A DNA stretch of 64,000 nt from Piromyces finnis finn (taxonomy: Eukaryota > Fungi > Neocallimastigomycota), in contig MCFH01000003.1 in NCBI GenBank assembly GCA_002104945.1, positions 620,001 through 684,000 of the forward strand, read 5' to 3'. A program made the position numbers and the translations under genes. Numbering within the stretch: the stretch's first letter is position 1; every line of letters starts with the position of its first letter. Below are positions 12,787-33,893 of the stretch, one piece after another. Below the pieces are notes generated by a model. It was not told where the DNA came from. It worked only from the letters and a program-made list of their open reading frames with translations, and searched no databases.

Positions 12787-13903
12787 TTAATCTAATTGGC
12801 TTGATATTAACCCAAAGAGGCGACACAAATCATCTACTTTTTTAATATTTAATTGTTCTAATTTCATATTTTTTCCCTGTTCAAAATCCATCAAATATTT
12901 CTCTATTATTGCCGTTTTGGATTCTACTATATTTTGTATTTCATTTGATTTTATATGATTTAAATAAAGCCCTATAATTAATTGAACTTTTCCTTTTTTC
13001 ACTAAATTTGGATATATAATGTATCTATAATTTCTCATTAAATAATAAAATTCTTTCTGTAACTGGTCTTTTCCATTCTCAGGATGTGGAGCAAGACCAA
13101 CCCTTGGAATTTTATAAATTGTTTCTTTTGGTAATTTCACCTGACTAATATTATTGTTATTATTTACTATATCTGATTTTGAAGTTTTTTTCTTTTTTGC
13201 TTGGGAATTGGTTTCTTCATTTTTTGTTAATTTTCGTTTTCGTGAATTTGAAATATTTTGGGTTAAACTATCAAAAATGGGTTCTTGTGATGTTGAACAA
13301 AGAGTTAATTTTTGATTTTTTGTTATATCTATATTATTATTAAATTCTTCTTCTACTAACTCTTTAACACTATTTTTTTTAAAAATTTCTAATATTTTAT
13401 CTACTACTTTACTGGGGCCATGAATATAATCTTTTGGTTGGTTGTTACTAATTTCTTGAATACTTCTTATTAAAATACCTCCAGAAAACTTTACTGGAGA
13501 ATGCAGTCCAAAAGTAATATCTACTCCTTTCCATGTACCTCCTCTATAGACACCACCTTTTTTATGAAAATACCAATAATTTTGATTATACTGAATTGAG
13601 TCATTGTGAGTAAAGGGGTCATAATGCTTTTTAGAATCATTATAATAAAATTCAATTTCAGCAATACGAAACCATTTTGACTTTATCAGTAATGCTGTTT
13701 CATTTAATATAATATCACTGATTTTATCAAAATAAGCTTGGATATTTTCAGGTGACTTTTTAATATCTGGAAATTGTTTAATTACCTTGAATAAATTATC
13801 ATTTCTACTGTTGTATATTTACATTTTTGGGGTATATATTATATATATTAAAAAATATAAATATATATGTTTTGAACATAAATACATATTACTTATAATA
13901 CAT
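12787..13903 (-). CDS. AAG/MPG-family (3-methyladenine DNA glycosylase-like) protein
   Basis: Frame is open from 13818 to 12787 (the ORF track shows only the last 117 aa). Motifs RIAEIEFY, DPFTH, GGILIRSI, HGPSKV and PRVGL align with AAG motifs RIVETEAY, DxxxH, VLLRAL, SGPSKL and RVGV. The start is inferred from an 11-nt exon (13903-13893) and an 85-nt intron. Confidence 0.7.
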
Positions 13904-14389
13904 TTGTAATTTATACTTTTTGAAAAATATATATATATAATATGAATAAATACACTTATTAATAATTAATTATTAAAATATATTATTACAATTATTTACT
14001 TACATTATATTATCCATCTTATATATTATAAAATAGTATTTATCAATAATAAAATTTGTCTCTTAATACTATGCTAAAAAAACTCCTTTACATTAATTTA
14101 TGAAATTTCAAGCAATTGAATTAGATTTATTTGCATTTACAAAAAACTAAATTTGCGAAGGAAAAAAAAAAGTTTTTTATCATTTTTAAAATGTAATTAA
14201 TTTCGTATACATTATAACATTAATGTATACATTTGTTATTTTTTTATGGAATAAATACAGCTTTATGTAAAAGTTAAAAAAATAGTTTCACACCATGATA
14301 TATATCATTTCAAAATATCCTTATTAAATAATAAAAAAAATACGAAAATAATAATTAAAAAATATGTTTAATATGAAAATCTTATACTT

Positions 14390-14411
14390 ATTTATTTATT
14401 TATCTGTATAT

Positions 14412-14482
<71 letters not shown>

Positions 14483-14484
14483 TT

Positions 14485-14555
<71 letters not shown>

Positions 14556-14560
14556 TCTAT
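14390..14560. repeat. (TTTA)n microsatellite
   Basis: Seen directly, downstream of the MON2 stop. Confidence 0.95.
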
Positions 14561-14901
14561 TTAAATATATATATCTTTTCATATCTTTTTTGTTTCGTTT
14601 TTATTAATTATTTCATATTATTTATTTCTTATTATTTATTTCTTATATTTATTTATTATTTATTTATTTTTATTTTTATTTTTATTTTCATTTTTTATTT
14701 TTTATTTTTTTTTCTCTTCTCTCTTTATTGTTTCATACTAATTTTTAATTATTTTTATTCTATTGTACTATTGACTTTACATTTTTATCGTTTTTATGTT
14801 ATTTAATAGCATTTTGTTATTATTATTTATTAATTATCTTTAATATTTAAACTTTTTTTTTTTTAAACTTTTGGCCCAAGTTTAAAATTTATTTATTTTA
14901 T

Positions 14902-22509
<7,608 letters not shown>

Positions 22510-23044
22510 TTTATTAAATTATTGCTTATGTATTTATATATATGTGTGTATGTTTTTTAATTCTTTTTCTTTTATACTTTTTTTTTTTCTCTTTGTAATA
22601 ATGTCTATTTTTACAGTTATTCTCAAAATGTAAAGAAAAATATTGCAATTATTAAATTAAAATTGATATTGAATTTGAGATTGTTCGTTTTGACTTTAAA
22701 AAATATATATTATAAAAGTTATTTGGTTTAATAAAACAAAATAATTATTTATTCCTTTTATTAAGAAATGAAGAGTAATTTATTTGTATTATATATATAT
22801 ATATTTATTTATTTATTTATTTATTTATTTATTCGTCTTTATTCATTTTAATTAAAGCAATTTTGGCTTTCTTCTTCTTCACTTTTTTCTATGAATTTAC
22901 AATATCTAACAGAAAGTAAAATGAATATAAAGAGAATCTGCTTATAAAATGTATTTTATTTATTTTATAATAACAAAATTCAATTTTTGATTTAAGAAGT
23001 TTTAAATATTAAATTAAGAAGTTTTTTGTATATTATATTTACTT

Positions 23045-23230
<186 letters not shown>

Positions 23231-24060
23231 TTTTCTTTCAAAAGTTAAAATATAAAAAAACCCTTCGAAAATGTGGATCATTGAATAACTTTAAATTATA
23301 TTAAAAATTAAATGAGGATGATTAATTAAATTTTTATTAAATAATAAACTTTGTTTACCAAATTATAATATTATAATAAAAGTATTTTAAATAATAATTT
23401 TAATCTTTTATATGCATCTTTACATTTTATTAATATATATTATCAATAATAAAAATAAAAGTTTTATTATTATACCTTTATATATTTTCAAAATCGTGTT
23501 ATACTACTTTTTCTGTTACAATTAAATATTTTATTTCAAAATTTATAACTATTAAAAAGGTAGTTGTTCATTACTCTTTATTAGATTTAACAACTATCTA
23601 ACTAAAATAATATGCATTTAAATATATTTATTCTAATATTCTTCATAACCTTTATAATAATGCATAAAAAACATTTTTTAGAGTATTATTTATAGGATTT
23701 TATTATTACTTTATTTAAAATTGAATATCTTATTATTTTAAGCAGAAAAAATATTAAATTTATCTTTATATTACTAATATTTAACAGTTAAACCTATTTC
23801 GTTAAACGTATATTGTTTAAATTCTATATATTTAAAAAGGACATGTTATTAAAAAAATTTATTATTAATATTTAATATATGGTGTATTTTAATTTTTTTT
23901 TTCTTTTTATATATATTAAAAAAAAAGAAGAAGAAAAAAACAATTCTTTATAATTTTTTAACATATATATATAATAAAATTAAAAATTACAAAATAAGAA
24001 ATTATATCTTCATTTATAAAAGATATTGTTAAATTTCACAGAAATATAAATGCTTTTTGC

Positions 24061-25899
24061 TTAGAAGTTCTATTTATTTTAATAAATTAAATATTAAAAT
24101 AGAATTAGTAATAAGATTATATCAAAATATTAAAATAAAAAAAAAAAACTTACTTTAAATTCTTCTGAATATAAATCTGGACCTGGTAAACCATATGGAT
24201 CATGATCTTCTGGGTAAGAATCAAAGTTAGAAGCATCACCTTCACTAGTAAATGGTGGGATATATGGAGCTTTAACCTTAACTTCAGCTAATTTCTTCCA
24301 ATCAATTTCACTAAACCATTTATGCTTCTTAATATCAGCAGAACCACTCTTTAAGTTACCATATCTCTTAGTAAGATCTGGTGAAAGAAGTCTTTTTATC
24401 AAATCCTTAGCAGCTGGATCAAAGTAACTTGGCCATCTTAATCTACCTTCTAAAATACGTTCATAAAGTCTCATTTGATCTTCATCATAGAATGGTGGGA
24501 AACCAGCTAACATTTCATATATAAGAACTCCTAAAGCATACCAATCAACAGCTTTACCATAACCCTTTGATTGAATAATTTCTGGAGCTAAGTAATCTGG
24601 AGTACCACATAAAGTCCATGTAACATCTGGTACATGTTTTGCAAAACCAAAATCAGTAATTTTTATATTACCATTTTTATCGATAAGTAAATTTTCTGGC
24701 TTTAAATCTCTATAAATGATATCATTTGAGTGTAAATGTTCAAAAGCAAGAACTACTTGAGCAGCATAAAATCTTGCAACATGATTTGGTAATCTCTATT
24801 ATTCAAAAACGGTAAATAAAAAAATTAAAATATAATCATTAATATTTATTTATTTGTTTGTTTTTTCGTTGATAATATATTTATATATTAATATTTAGTT
24901 TCATTTAAATAATTGATAAAGTATTTTTTTTTTTAACTTTTAAAAAAAAAATTATATAGATATGTGAATGAAAAAAAATATATTTTAAGAAACCTTCTTT
25001 TTTTATAAACTCATTAAAAACTTTATAATAAATATTTAAGCTATAATAATTATTATTTTTTTTTTTTTATTTAGCTATTTTCTTTTTATTCCGAATCACT
25101 ACTTTATCATTTTAATTTCTATTCAATTATTCTTCTATTTTTGATTTTATGAAAAGATATATATATTTACCTTGCATTGTCTTAAGTATGAGAATAATTC
25201 ACCACCACATACGTATTCAAGAACAATGTAAAGATTTCTGTTATCTTTAAATGAGCCTACTAAATTAACCATATATGGATGATTAAGAGATTCTAAAATC
25301 TTTTTTTCATTAATAGTGTGTTCTACTTGTTTTGATTCAATAATTTGACGTTTAACCAATACTTTCATGGCATAATATTTTCCAGTTTCTTTATGTTTTA
25401 CTAAATGTACTCTACCGAAAGAACCAGTACCCAAAGTTTGCATAATTACAAAATCATCTAACTTAAATCTTTTTTTTTCTGCTGGTGGTTCTGTTGAAGT
25501 TTTTTCCTTCTTTAGTACCTCATTAACTTCTTCTTCTTTAATTGGTTCTACCTCCTTTTGAATCTTAGTAGAAGTTATAGTACTTTTTAATGGTGTTTCT
25601 GTCTTTGGAGCTAATGTGGATGATGTAATCTTAGATAATTCTTTCTTTGTAGGTGTTGATCCAGCTGAATTTGGAATTGGTGATATTGGAATATTGGCTT
25701 CTTTCATTTCTTTTAAAGAATCCTTCTTTTTATCAGATGAAAAAAGTTTACTATTATGAGATGTGTGTGAATGATGATGAGTAGATCCAGAACTGGATAT
25801 TTTACTACTCTTTACAGAACTTGACTTCACCGAATCATGACCTAATTTATCTTTATTTTTATCTTTTCCAATACCAAGTTTTGTTAAGAATGACGACAT
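24061..25899 (-). CDS. pkaC: cAMP-dependent protein kinase catalytic subunit (3 exons, about 459 aa)
   Basis: Exons 25899-25171, 24795-24154 and 24069-24061. Motifs [43 protein letters not shown] and C-terminal EEFKNF*. Confidence 0.95.
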
Positions 25900-28164
25900 T
25901 TTTTTTTAAATTATTTGATACCTTTTTTACTTTTTTTTTTTTTAATAATCAATTCATAATTCATGGTTTTATTATAAAAGATTTATATATATATATTTAA
26001 TATTTAAAAAAAATATTGTAAAAATATAAATATTAATAATTAAAATTTTACTCTTTTTTAATTATTGAGAAATAAAAGATATTAAAATATGTATAATTAA
26101 TTGTTATAAATTCTCTTAACTACTTTATATATCTGTTTTTACTTTATAAACATTTTTTTTATTAGAAAAAAAAAATTACACATAAAAGATTTTGATTGAA
26201 ATAATTTTTCTATTATAAAAATTTTTGTAACAATTTCGGTAAAATAATTTTTATTTCTTTTCAATAACAAAAAAATATATATAATATTAAATTATTTAGA
26301 TAATATTTATTCTTTATCTGTTTATATTGTAATTACACTTTCATTAAGTAAATATTATTCTCTTTTTTTTTTTTTTTTTTTCTACGGTTACTTTTAAATT
26401 ATATTTTTTTTAAAGAATGTAATATAAATGAATTTATTATTATTGTCTCGAAAATTTTTTGAATATATATTTTTTATATTTTATTAATATTATCGTCTCT
26501 ATCTTAATTTTTTTTTTTCTCTATTAAAAAAAATGGTTAAACTATTATATATTTTATTCATTTCATACTAATAAATATTTACTTTTTATTTTTTAAGAGC
26601 AATGATAATTATATGTTAATACTTTATTATTAAATTATTAATATATATTGTATATATATTTACGATAAAAAAGAAAAAGGATACAAAAAAATTTAAAAAA
26701 AAAAAAAGAAAAAATATTAAAATGAAAACAAAAATAAAAATAAAATATATATATAAAAATATATACTTAATTTATAAATATAAATATTTTATATATTATA
26801 ATTATATTTTTTAAAAATATAAAGGTAATGATGAAAAGTAAAAATCTAAAATATTATAAAAATAAAAATATATAATTCTATAAATAATTATTATTTTGAA
26901 TATACATTTTATTATAATTTAGATTTGCATATTTTAAAAAACTTTTTATATATCCTCTCTCAATTCTATCTATTATTAATTTATTATAATAAACAAATTG
27001 ACAAGAAAATTTAAAAATAAAAATTGAATATTATAAATAAAATATTCTTTTCTTTTTATACATCTATTTAATAATATGTATTAAGAAAAATGATAATTCA
27101 TTTAATCATTTATTTTTACTCAGAAGTCCACAAAAAAAAAAAAAAAAAAAAAAAAAACATTATTTTAGATAAATATATAATGCACATTATACGCTATTAA
27201 TAGCTTCATATTTTACACACGACTACTATTATTTAATATAATAGATACATATTCCTTATATCTATTTTAATAATATAAAATTTCATATTATCTCGTAACT
27301 TAAAAGTATTTAATATTTCATATAAATAAATATTATTGTTTCCACGTTTATTAACTTTAAAAAAAAAAAAAAGATTATTAATATTTATAATTTGTATAAA
27401 AAAAATAATATAATTCAAATATATTTATCATCATCATGATTTAATAAACTTTATATTTTTTCTTTATTTTATTTTTAAAGTTTGATATTTTTAACATTTA
27501 AGTAGTATACTTTATTTTTACATATTATCAAATATTAAATATCATAAACAATATGGTAAATTAAAATATCCTTATAAAAATGTTTTCAATTTTAGAAAAA
27601 AAAAAAAATAAGTTAATCTATTACCACATTCAACTTTTAAATTTTGGATTTTTTTAATTTTTTAAGAATTTTATTATAGAATATTATAAAATTCTTAATA
27701 TTTATATATATATATATAAATATTAATTTTTTCTACAAATTCTTCTAAAAAAATATTAATAACGGGTATTTATATATATAAAAATAGTCTAATTTCCTTA
27801 AATATTTATTGACTTAAAATTTTGAAATAAATATGTATTATTAATAAAAGACTATCATTACAAATGGGATTAATTCTATATATTATACTTACCTAATTAT
27901 AAATAATAATGATTTTTCCTGCATATGAATAGAAATTTTAAACCTTTTATTTGTTATTGATGATTGGTATTAACAGAGGTTGTTTTTTTTTTTTAGCTAT
28001 TTTCAAAAGAAAAAAAAAAAAAATTGTTCTCATTTAATTCTCTTTTATCTAATATATAATTAAAAACTAAAAAATATTATTAAACGTTTGTTACTTTTTT
28101 TTTTTTTTTTAACGAAATTTATCTAATTTTTATTTTATTTTTTATTTTAAATAATGATGATTGA

Positions 28165-28166
<2 letters not shown>

Positions 28167-28248
<82 letters not shown>

Positions 28249-28250
28249 GA
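28167..28250. repeat. (TTA)n microsatellite
   Basis: Seen directly. Confidence 0.9.
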
Positions 28251-28806
28251 TATAATATTACTTTTCAATTGAGAAGATTAAGAAAATAAAAATTATTATA
28301 CACCATCTCTCTTTTCTTTATTAATCTTTTTATTTACAATAATATATATTATAAATTAAAGTAAATTAATTAATTTTAATAATTATTATTTTTAACTCAC
28401 ATTCTTTATTTTATCTATTTGTTTTTTGTTCTTTATTTATATTATTCTGTTTGTTTGTTTTTAATTCATTTAATGGTATCACAAAAAAATATATATATAT
28501 ATATAAAGAAAAATAATTAAGTAATTGTAATAAGGATAGTAATTATTAACGAAATGAAATGAATATAATTTTAAAATAAGCAATAATAATAGTAAATATG
28601 ATAATTAAAATATAAAATATATATAATTAATGATAGGCAAATAAAATTTATCTAAAATTTATATGTTTCTTTGTTCTTTGATAATTTATAGTTCAAATTG
28701 TTCAAAGTATTTATAGTGTTTGTTTTTTAGTATTTTAAATATATAAAAGTGTTACTACCATTATAAGAAAAATGGTTTTATTTAACTATTCTTATTATTA
28801 TCATCA

Positions 28807-30136
28807 TTATTTTTTTGACTTTTTTCTTGAAGGACAATGATGGACAGGACATTCTGAACATTTTGGATTAACAGGTAAACAGCAAATTTGACCAAACCCT
28901 ACTAATAATGGGTTAATTTCTTTCCAATATTTATCTGGAAGCCAGCTTTCTAGATTAACTCTGGCAATTTCTGGATTCTTTGACTTTTCAATCCATCCTA
29001 AACGTTCTGATATTCTATGAACATGAACATCAACACCAATTCCCATATTTCTAATTTTGTATTATAAAATAACTTATTATTTTGATTTTTCTTTTTAAAA
29101 AAAAAAATAAATAAAAAAGTTTTAAAAAATTATAAAATATATTACTTATTCCATGCAACTTGCAAAGTTAAATATCCCTATTTCATAATTTAAATGTATT
29201 TACATTTAGTATTATAAGAATATGTATTTATTTAAAGAAACTAACATTACTATTTATTTATGTTAATTATAAATTGAATTGAAATACCATCTTTTTTCCT
29301 ACTCCAGGAAGTTTAATAAGTTCTTCAATATTATCGGGTATGTCATCGTCATATTTTTCGTGTAATATTTCAGTAGTTTTTTTAATATATCTTTTTAATT
29401 AAATAGAATATATTTTAATGTATATTTAATTAATATTGTCTATAACTCTTAATATCATTGTTGTGTAATATTTTTATAATTATTTCATTCTTAATATAAA
29501 ATAATGAATTATTATATATTGAAATTCATTATTATAATAATAGTTATAATAATAATAGCAATAATAATAAAATAATTACATAGTTTTACGGTTATGAAAT
29601 CCAACTTTTTCAATACATTCGTCAATTTCTTTTTCACTCATTTTTAAAACATTTTCAATTGTGAGGCCTTTTTTTTGAAGTTTGTGTATAGCTTCTGCTG
29701 TTGTTTGGTCTTTTGTTTGAGAAGATAACATTAATGAAATTAAAACTTGATATCTATATTGTTTTGGTGGAAGATCCTCATCAGCTAATCGTTCACAGCC
29801 TTGAGTATCTACCGGTGCTTCATTTTCCATTCTATATTTTTTTATTTCATTAAGTGTATCCAACCAATATTTAGGCTTGCTTTTACTATTTTTGCAATTA
29901 TCACCTTTCTTTGTTGTAGCCTTATTTATGACTGTATCTTCTGCTTTAACAATTTTTCCTCTTTTTATTTTATTATCTTTTTCAATTTTAATATTTTTTA
30001 AATTTTTTATTTTTTGGTCTTTATTATCCTGTGTATTTTCTTCTTCTACCTCGATTTTAATATGCTTTCTTTTTTTAGAAGAAATTAATTTAGTTTCTGT
30101 TGAATTTGTTTCTTTTGAACTTCTTAAGCGTACCAT
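28807..30136 (-). CDS. NTH1: Endonuclease III-like DNA glycosylase/AP lyase (4 exons)
   Basis: Exons 30136-29580, 29390-29288, 29177-29146 and 29050-28807 splice in frame. Motifs LMLSSQTKD, Hh[21 protein letters not shown] and a C-terminal Fe-S cysteine cluster. Confidence 0.92.
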
Positions 30137-30191
30137 ATTTTTTATTATACTGTTTTTAAATATTATTTTAAAAGTGTTTCAGTACTTTTTT

Positions 30192-30302
<111 letters not shown>

Positions 30303-30899
30303 CTTAAAAATATGTAATGAAAAAAAAAAAAAAAAGGCCACTTTAATATAAAATTCTAATAAACCTATTTATTTCAATAAAATTTTATTGCTATAATTAT
30401 TTTAACCAAGAAATTAAAGGTTATCCAATCATCATCTAATTATTAATAAATAAAATGTAAAAAGTATAAAAAGTATATCAATTTATTTATTTTATTACTG
30501 TTTTTTGTTGTTGCTGCTGCTGTTGTTTTTCCTAAGCAGTTTTTGTTTTTGTTATTGTTATTTTTGTTTAATAATAACTTTGAAATCTAAGAATCATTTA
30601 TCTTTAGTTGGCATACTATTTTATGAATAATTGATATATTTATTAATTTTCTTAATCTACTTAATAGCAAAAAGGTTGTAAAAATTACACAAATATTTTA
30701 TTTAATTTTATACCTGTTAACCCACAAATACCTAATAATGATAATTTGTGTTTCTTTTTTATTATTATTATTATTATTAATAATAGTGCTTTTAAAAATT
30801 GTGTTAGTAGTAGTAGTATTATTATATATTGCATGTTAATTTTAATATTTAGATAGTCTTATTCTGTTGTATCTAATTTTTGAAATTCTTATTCAATAC

Positions 30900-33040
30900 T
30901 AAAAAAAAGTTTTCAAAACTTCTTAATTATCATTTTTATACTAAAGCAATGCAATTAGTATCAAGTTCCATAACTGTGTTTAAATAGATAAATTCACTTA
31001 TCAAACATAGTTTAATTTGTTTTGTTTTAATTGAACTAGGAACTATTAAGCATTTTTCAAAAACTGTTCACAAAGCATTAATTGAAGTTATAAATTTATA
31101 TGTGGCTTGTGCTTATGAAATGAAATTTTTAATATAAAATTTAATTAAATCATGAAAAAAAAAATAACTTAAAAGTAGTTTTTTAAAAATTATAATGAAA
31201 TCTCAGTTGTTACACTATTCTAATCACACACAGAATTAAACGAAAAAAGAAAAAAAAAAAAAATGAATTTTAATTTAAATATTAATTTTAATGATAAGGG
31301 TGAAATAAAGAATAAAAATAAAGAAAGGAAAGATGGGAGTGTAAATATCAAATAAATAGGGAATATAAAATATAAACATTTTAAATGTGATTATATGAAT
31401 TTATAAATTTAATTCCAAATGTTATATACTAAAAGAAATTGTTATTATTATTGACATTATTATAATTACCATTATACTGATATTATAAATATAACATAAT
31501 ATAATATTTAATAAACATGTGTAAAATATATGAAAAATATGCATATATATATATATTTAAAAAAAATAAATAAATAAATAAAGGACCTTAAAATAGATAA
31601 TATTATTCAACAAGAATACTCTTTTCAATATTTATTAACTATTCCTTATAAGGATTTGCTAAAAATTGATGGAGAAAAAGAAGAAATGTTATTATTGCTC
31701 GAAATTGGAAATATTGGATATAGACTGGATAAAATAAAAGAATACCTAGTGAATACATTTAATAAATATAATGTAAAATAATCATTTAATATTTAATATT
31801 TGAATTTTTAAAATTCTGAAATTACAATTGTTTTAATTAAAAATGCACCTTTTTTTATTCTTACAATATAACAAAATTAAATAATTTTTATTCTATTATA
31901 TCAATTCAAAATAAAGCTTGTAAATAATAAAATATACAAAATATCATTATACTTAACTAATGTAAATAATAATGAAAAAGATGCTATTCCTACAAATACT
32001 ACTATATCATTATCATCCTTATTACCAATATTAAGTAAATTTCAATAATTATAATTTTTATCTTTATATATATTGTTTTCATTTATCCACACACATACCT
32101 CAATATATAAATATTTGTTATTAATTTCTTATTTAAATTATTTTTTTAAAATTAAAAACAATACACCCTAAAATTAAAATATCAATTATATTTCAAATTA
32201 ATTATACAATAATTAACTTTAAAAAGATTCTACTCTAAATAAATTTAAAATGCAAATAGAATATTTACAACAACAGATAGAAATGATTATTCATGAATTA
32301 TATCTTTTATCTATCAAGTTAAGAAAGTATATTCACTACCATACTGTTACCATAAACAAAAAAGAAGTAAAAGAAAATTTTGAAATTCGAAGCAGCTCTC
32401 TAATATTGTAAATATGGAGGAGAAATTAATTGTTTTAATATAGTTAAATTTATAGTTAAATGTAATAAATTCTTAAATTTAAAAAGAAAAATTAATGATG
32501 ACCTTTTTATCTATTCTATGAATTTATTGTATTATAGAGTCGCACTAGAGCAACATCTAATGGAACGAATATTTTATATTCTATCTGATGCAGAAGAAAA
32601 TCATGAAAATGATAATAATGAAAATTTTAATATTAATGCTAATAAAAATTCTTATGTTGATGAAGACATTATTATTGGTGATGATGATGATAATAATAAT
32701 AATAATAATATTGTTATTTTAAGTGAAAATATTTACTACAATGATAATAGTTTTATTGATGATACTAGTAGTATTAAAATCAGTATTGATAATGATAACG
32801 ATAGTAGTTATATAAATTATGATATTGATAATAATAGAATTAATGATAATAATAATAATAATACCAATAATAGTACTACAAAGAATTTTGAATGCTGGGA
32901 AGTTTTATATTCTCTAATTAAAAATGACGTCACAAAGCAAATTCTTTCCGAGGAAAAACAGGAAATATCTAGAGGAATACTTTCAGAAGACAAACAAAAT
33001 TACATGAACATATTAGAAAAAATTAATGGTAAGTAAATAA
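30900..33040 (+). pseudogene. Probable multi-exon hypothetical gene, possibly degenerate
   Basis: Exon-like open stretches (about 31584-31772 DLKIDNIIQQEYSFQYLL...; about 32220-32410; ORF 32518..33036), with an apparent frameshift near 32400. No recognisable family. Confidence 0.35.
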
Positions 33041-33706
33041 ATTATAAAAAGAAAATATATATTATTGAAATTAAAAATAAGAATTTTGAATGGTCTAATA
33101 TTTATTTTTATTACAACAACAACATAAAAATAACAATAATTTTCTTATAAATTAAAAAAAAAAGCATCTATTATAGATGAGTAATATTTACAATATATAT
33201 TTTTAATAATATTTAAATTAGCAAATTTTGCTAAACATAATATAATGGATTTAAACAATGTTTTTTTTATATTCAATATTAAATATTTTATTAACCATTA
33301 CATGTTTTCTCATAAGTTTTAATTATTATCTAAGTATATTATTTAGTTTTCTTTTGTTTTAAAAGAAATAATTTTTTTTTTCATGTTTTTCATGTTTTGT
33401 TTTATTTTTTTTTTTTCAGGTTCGCTTTTATTATAAAAAGTTATGTCTATGTGAAAATATAGTAGTAAAAATAGACATAATTGTGGCTTCATATAAAAAT
33501 ATATTATCATAATAATAAAGTTTCTGATAAATTAAATTTCATAATTAATTATGAAATTAGTTGTACTAAAAGTTTTAAAGATCTTTTATGTAAAAATAAA
33601 TTTCAAAATTGTATATATATATATATATATCTAGTAAATAACATTAGTTTTTTTTTTTTTTTTTGTATATTTTCATAAAAAAGTTAATAAATAAAAATAT
33701 AATATC

Positions 33707-33859
33707 ATGCAAATGGAGGTACAAATTATATAGCAATGGAAAAAAGAATATAAAATTAAAAGATAAAAAATAAATAACATATATAAATTATATAATAGAG
33801 TATATCAGAAATAACTTCAGAAGATTATTATAATGGGTAATGGTTAATTCACATATTAC

Positions 33860-33893
<34 letters not shown>

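Noticed and set aside
14364-14564. IYLF-repeat ORF (also 23043..23255)
   Set aside because: Translation of (TTTA)n microsatellites.
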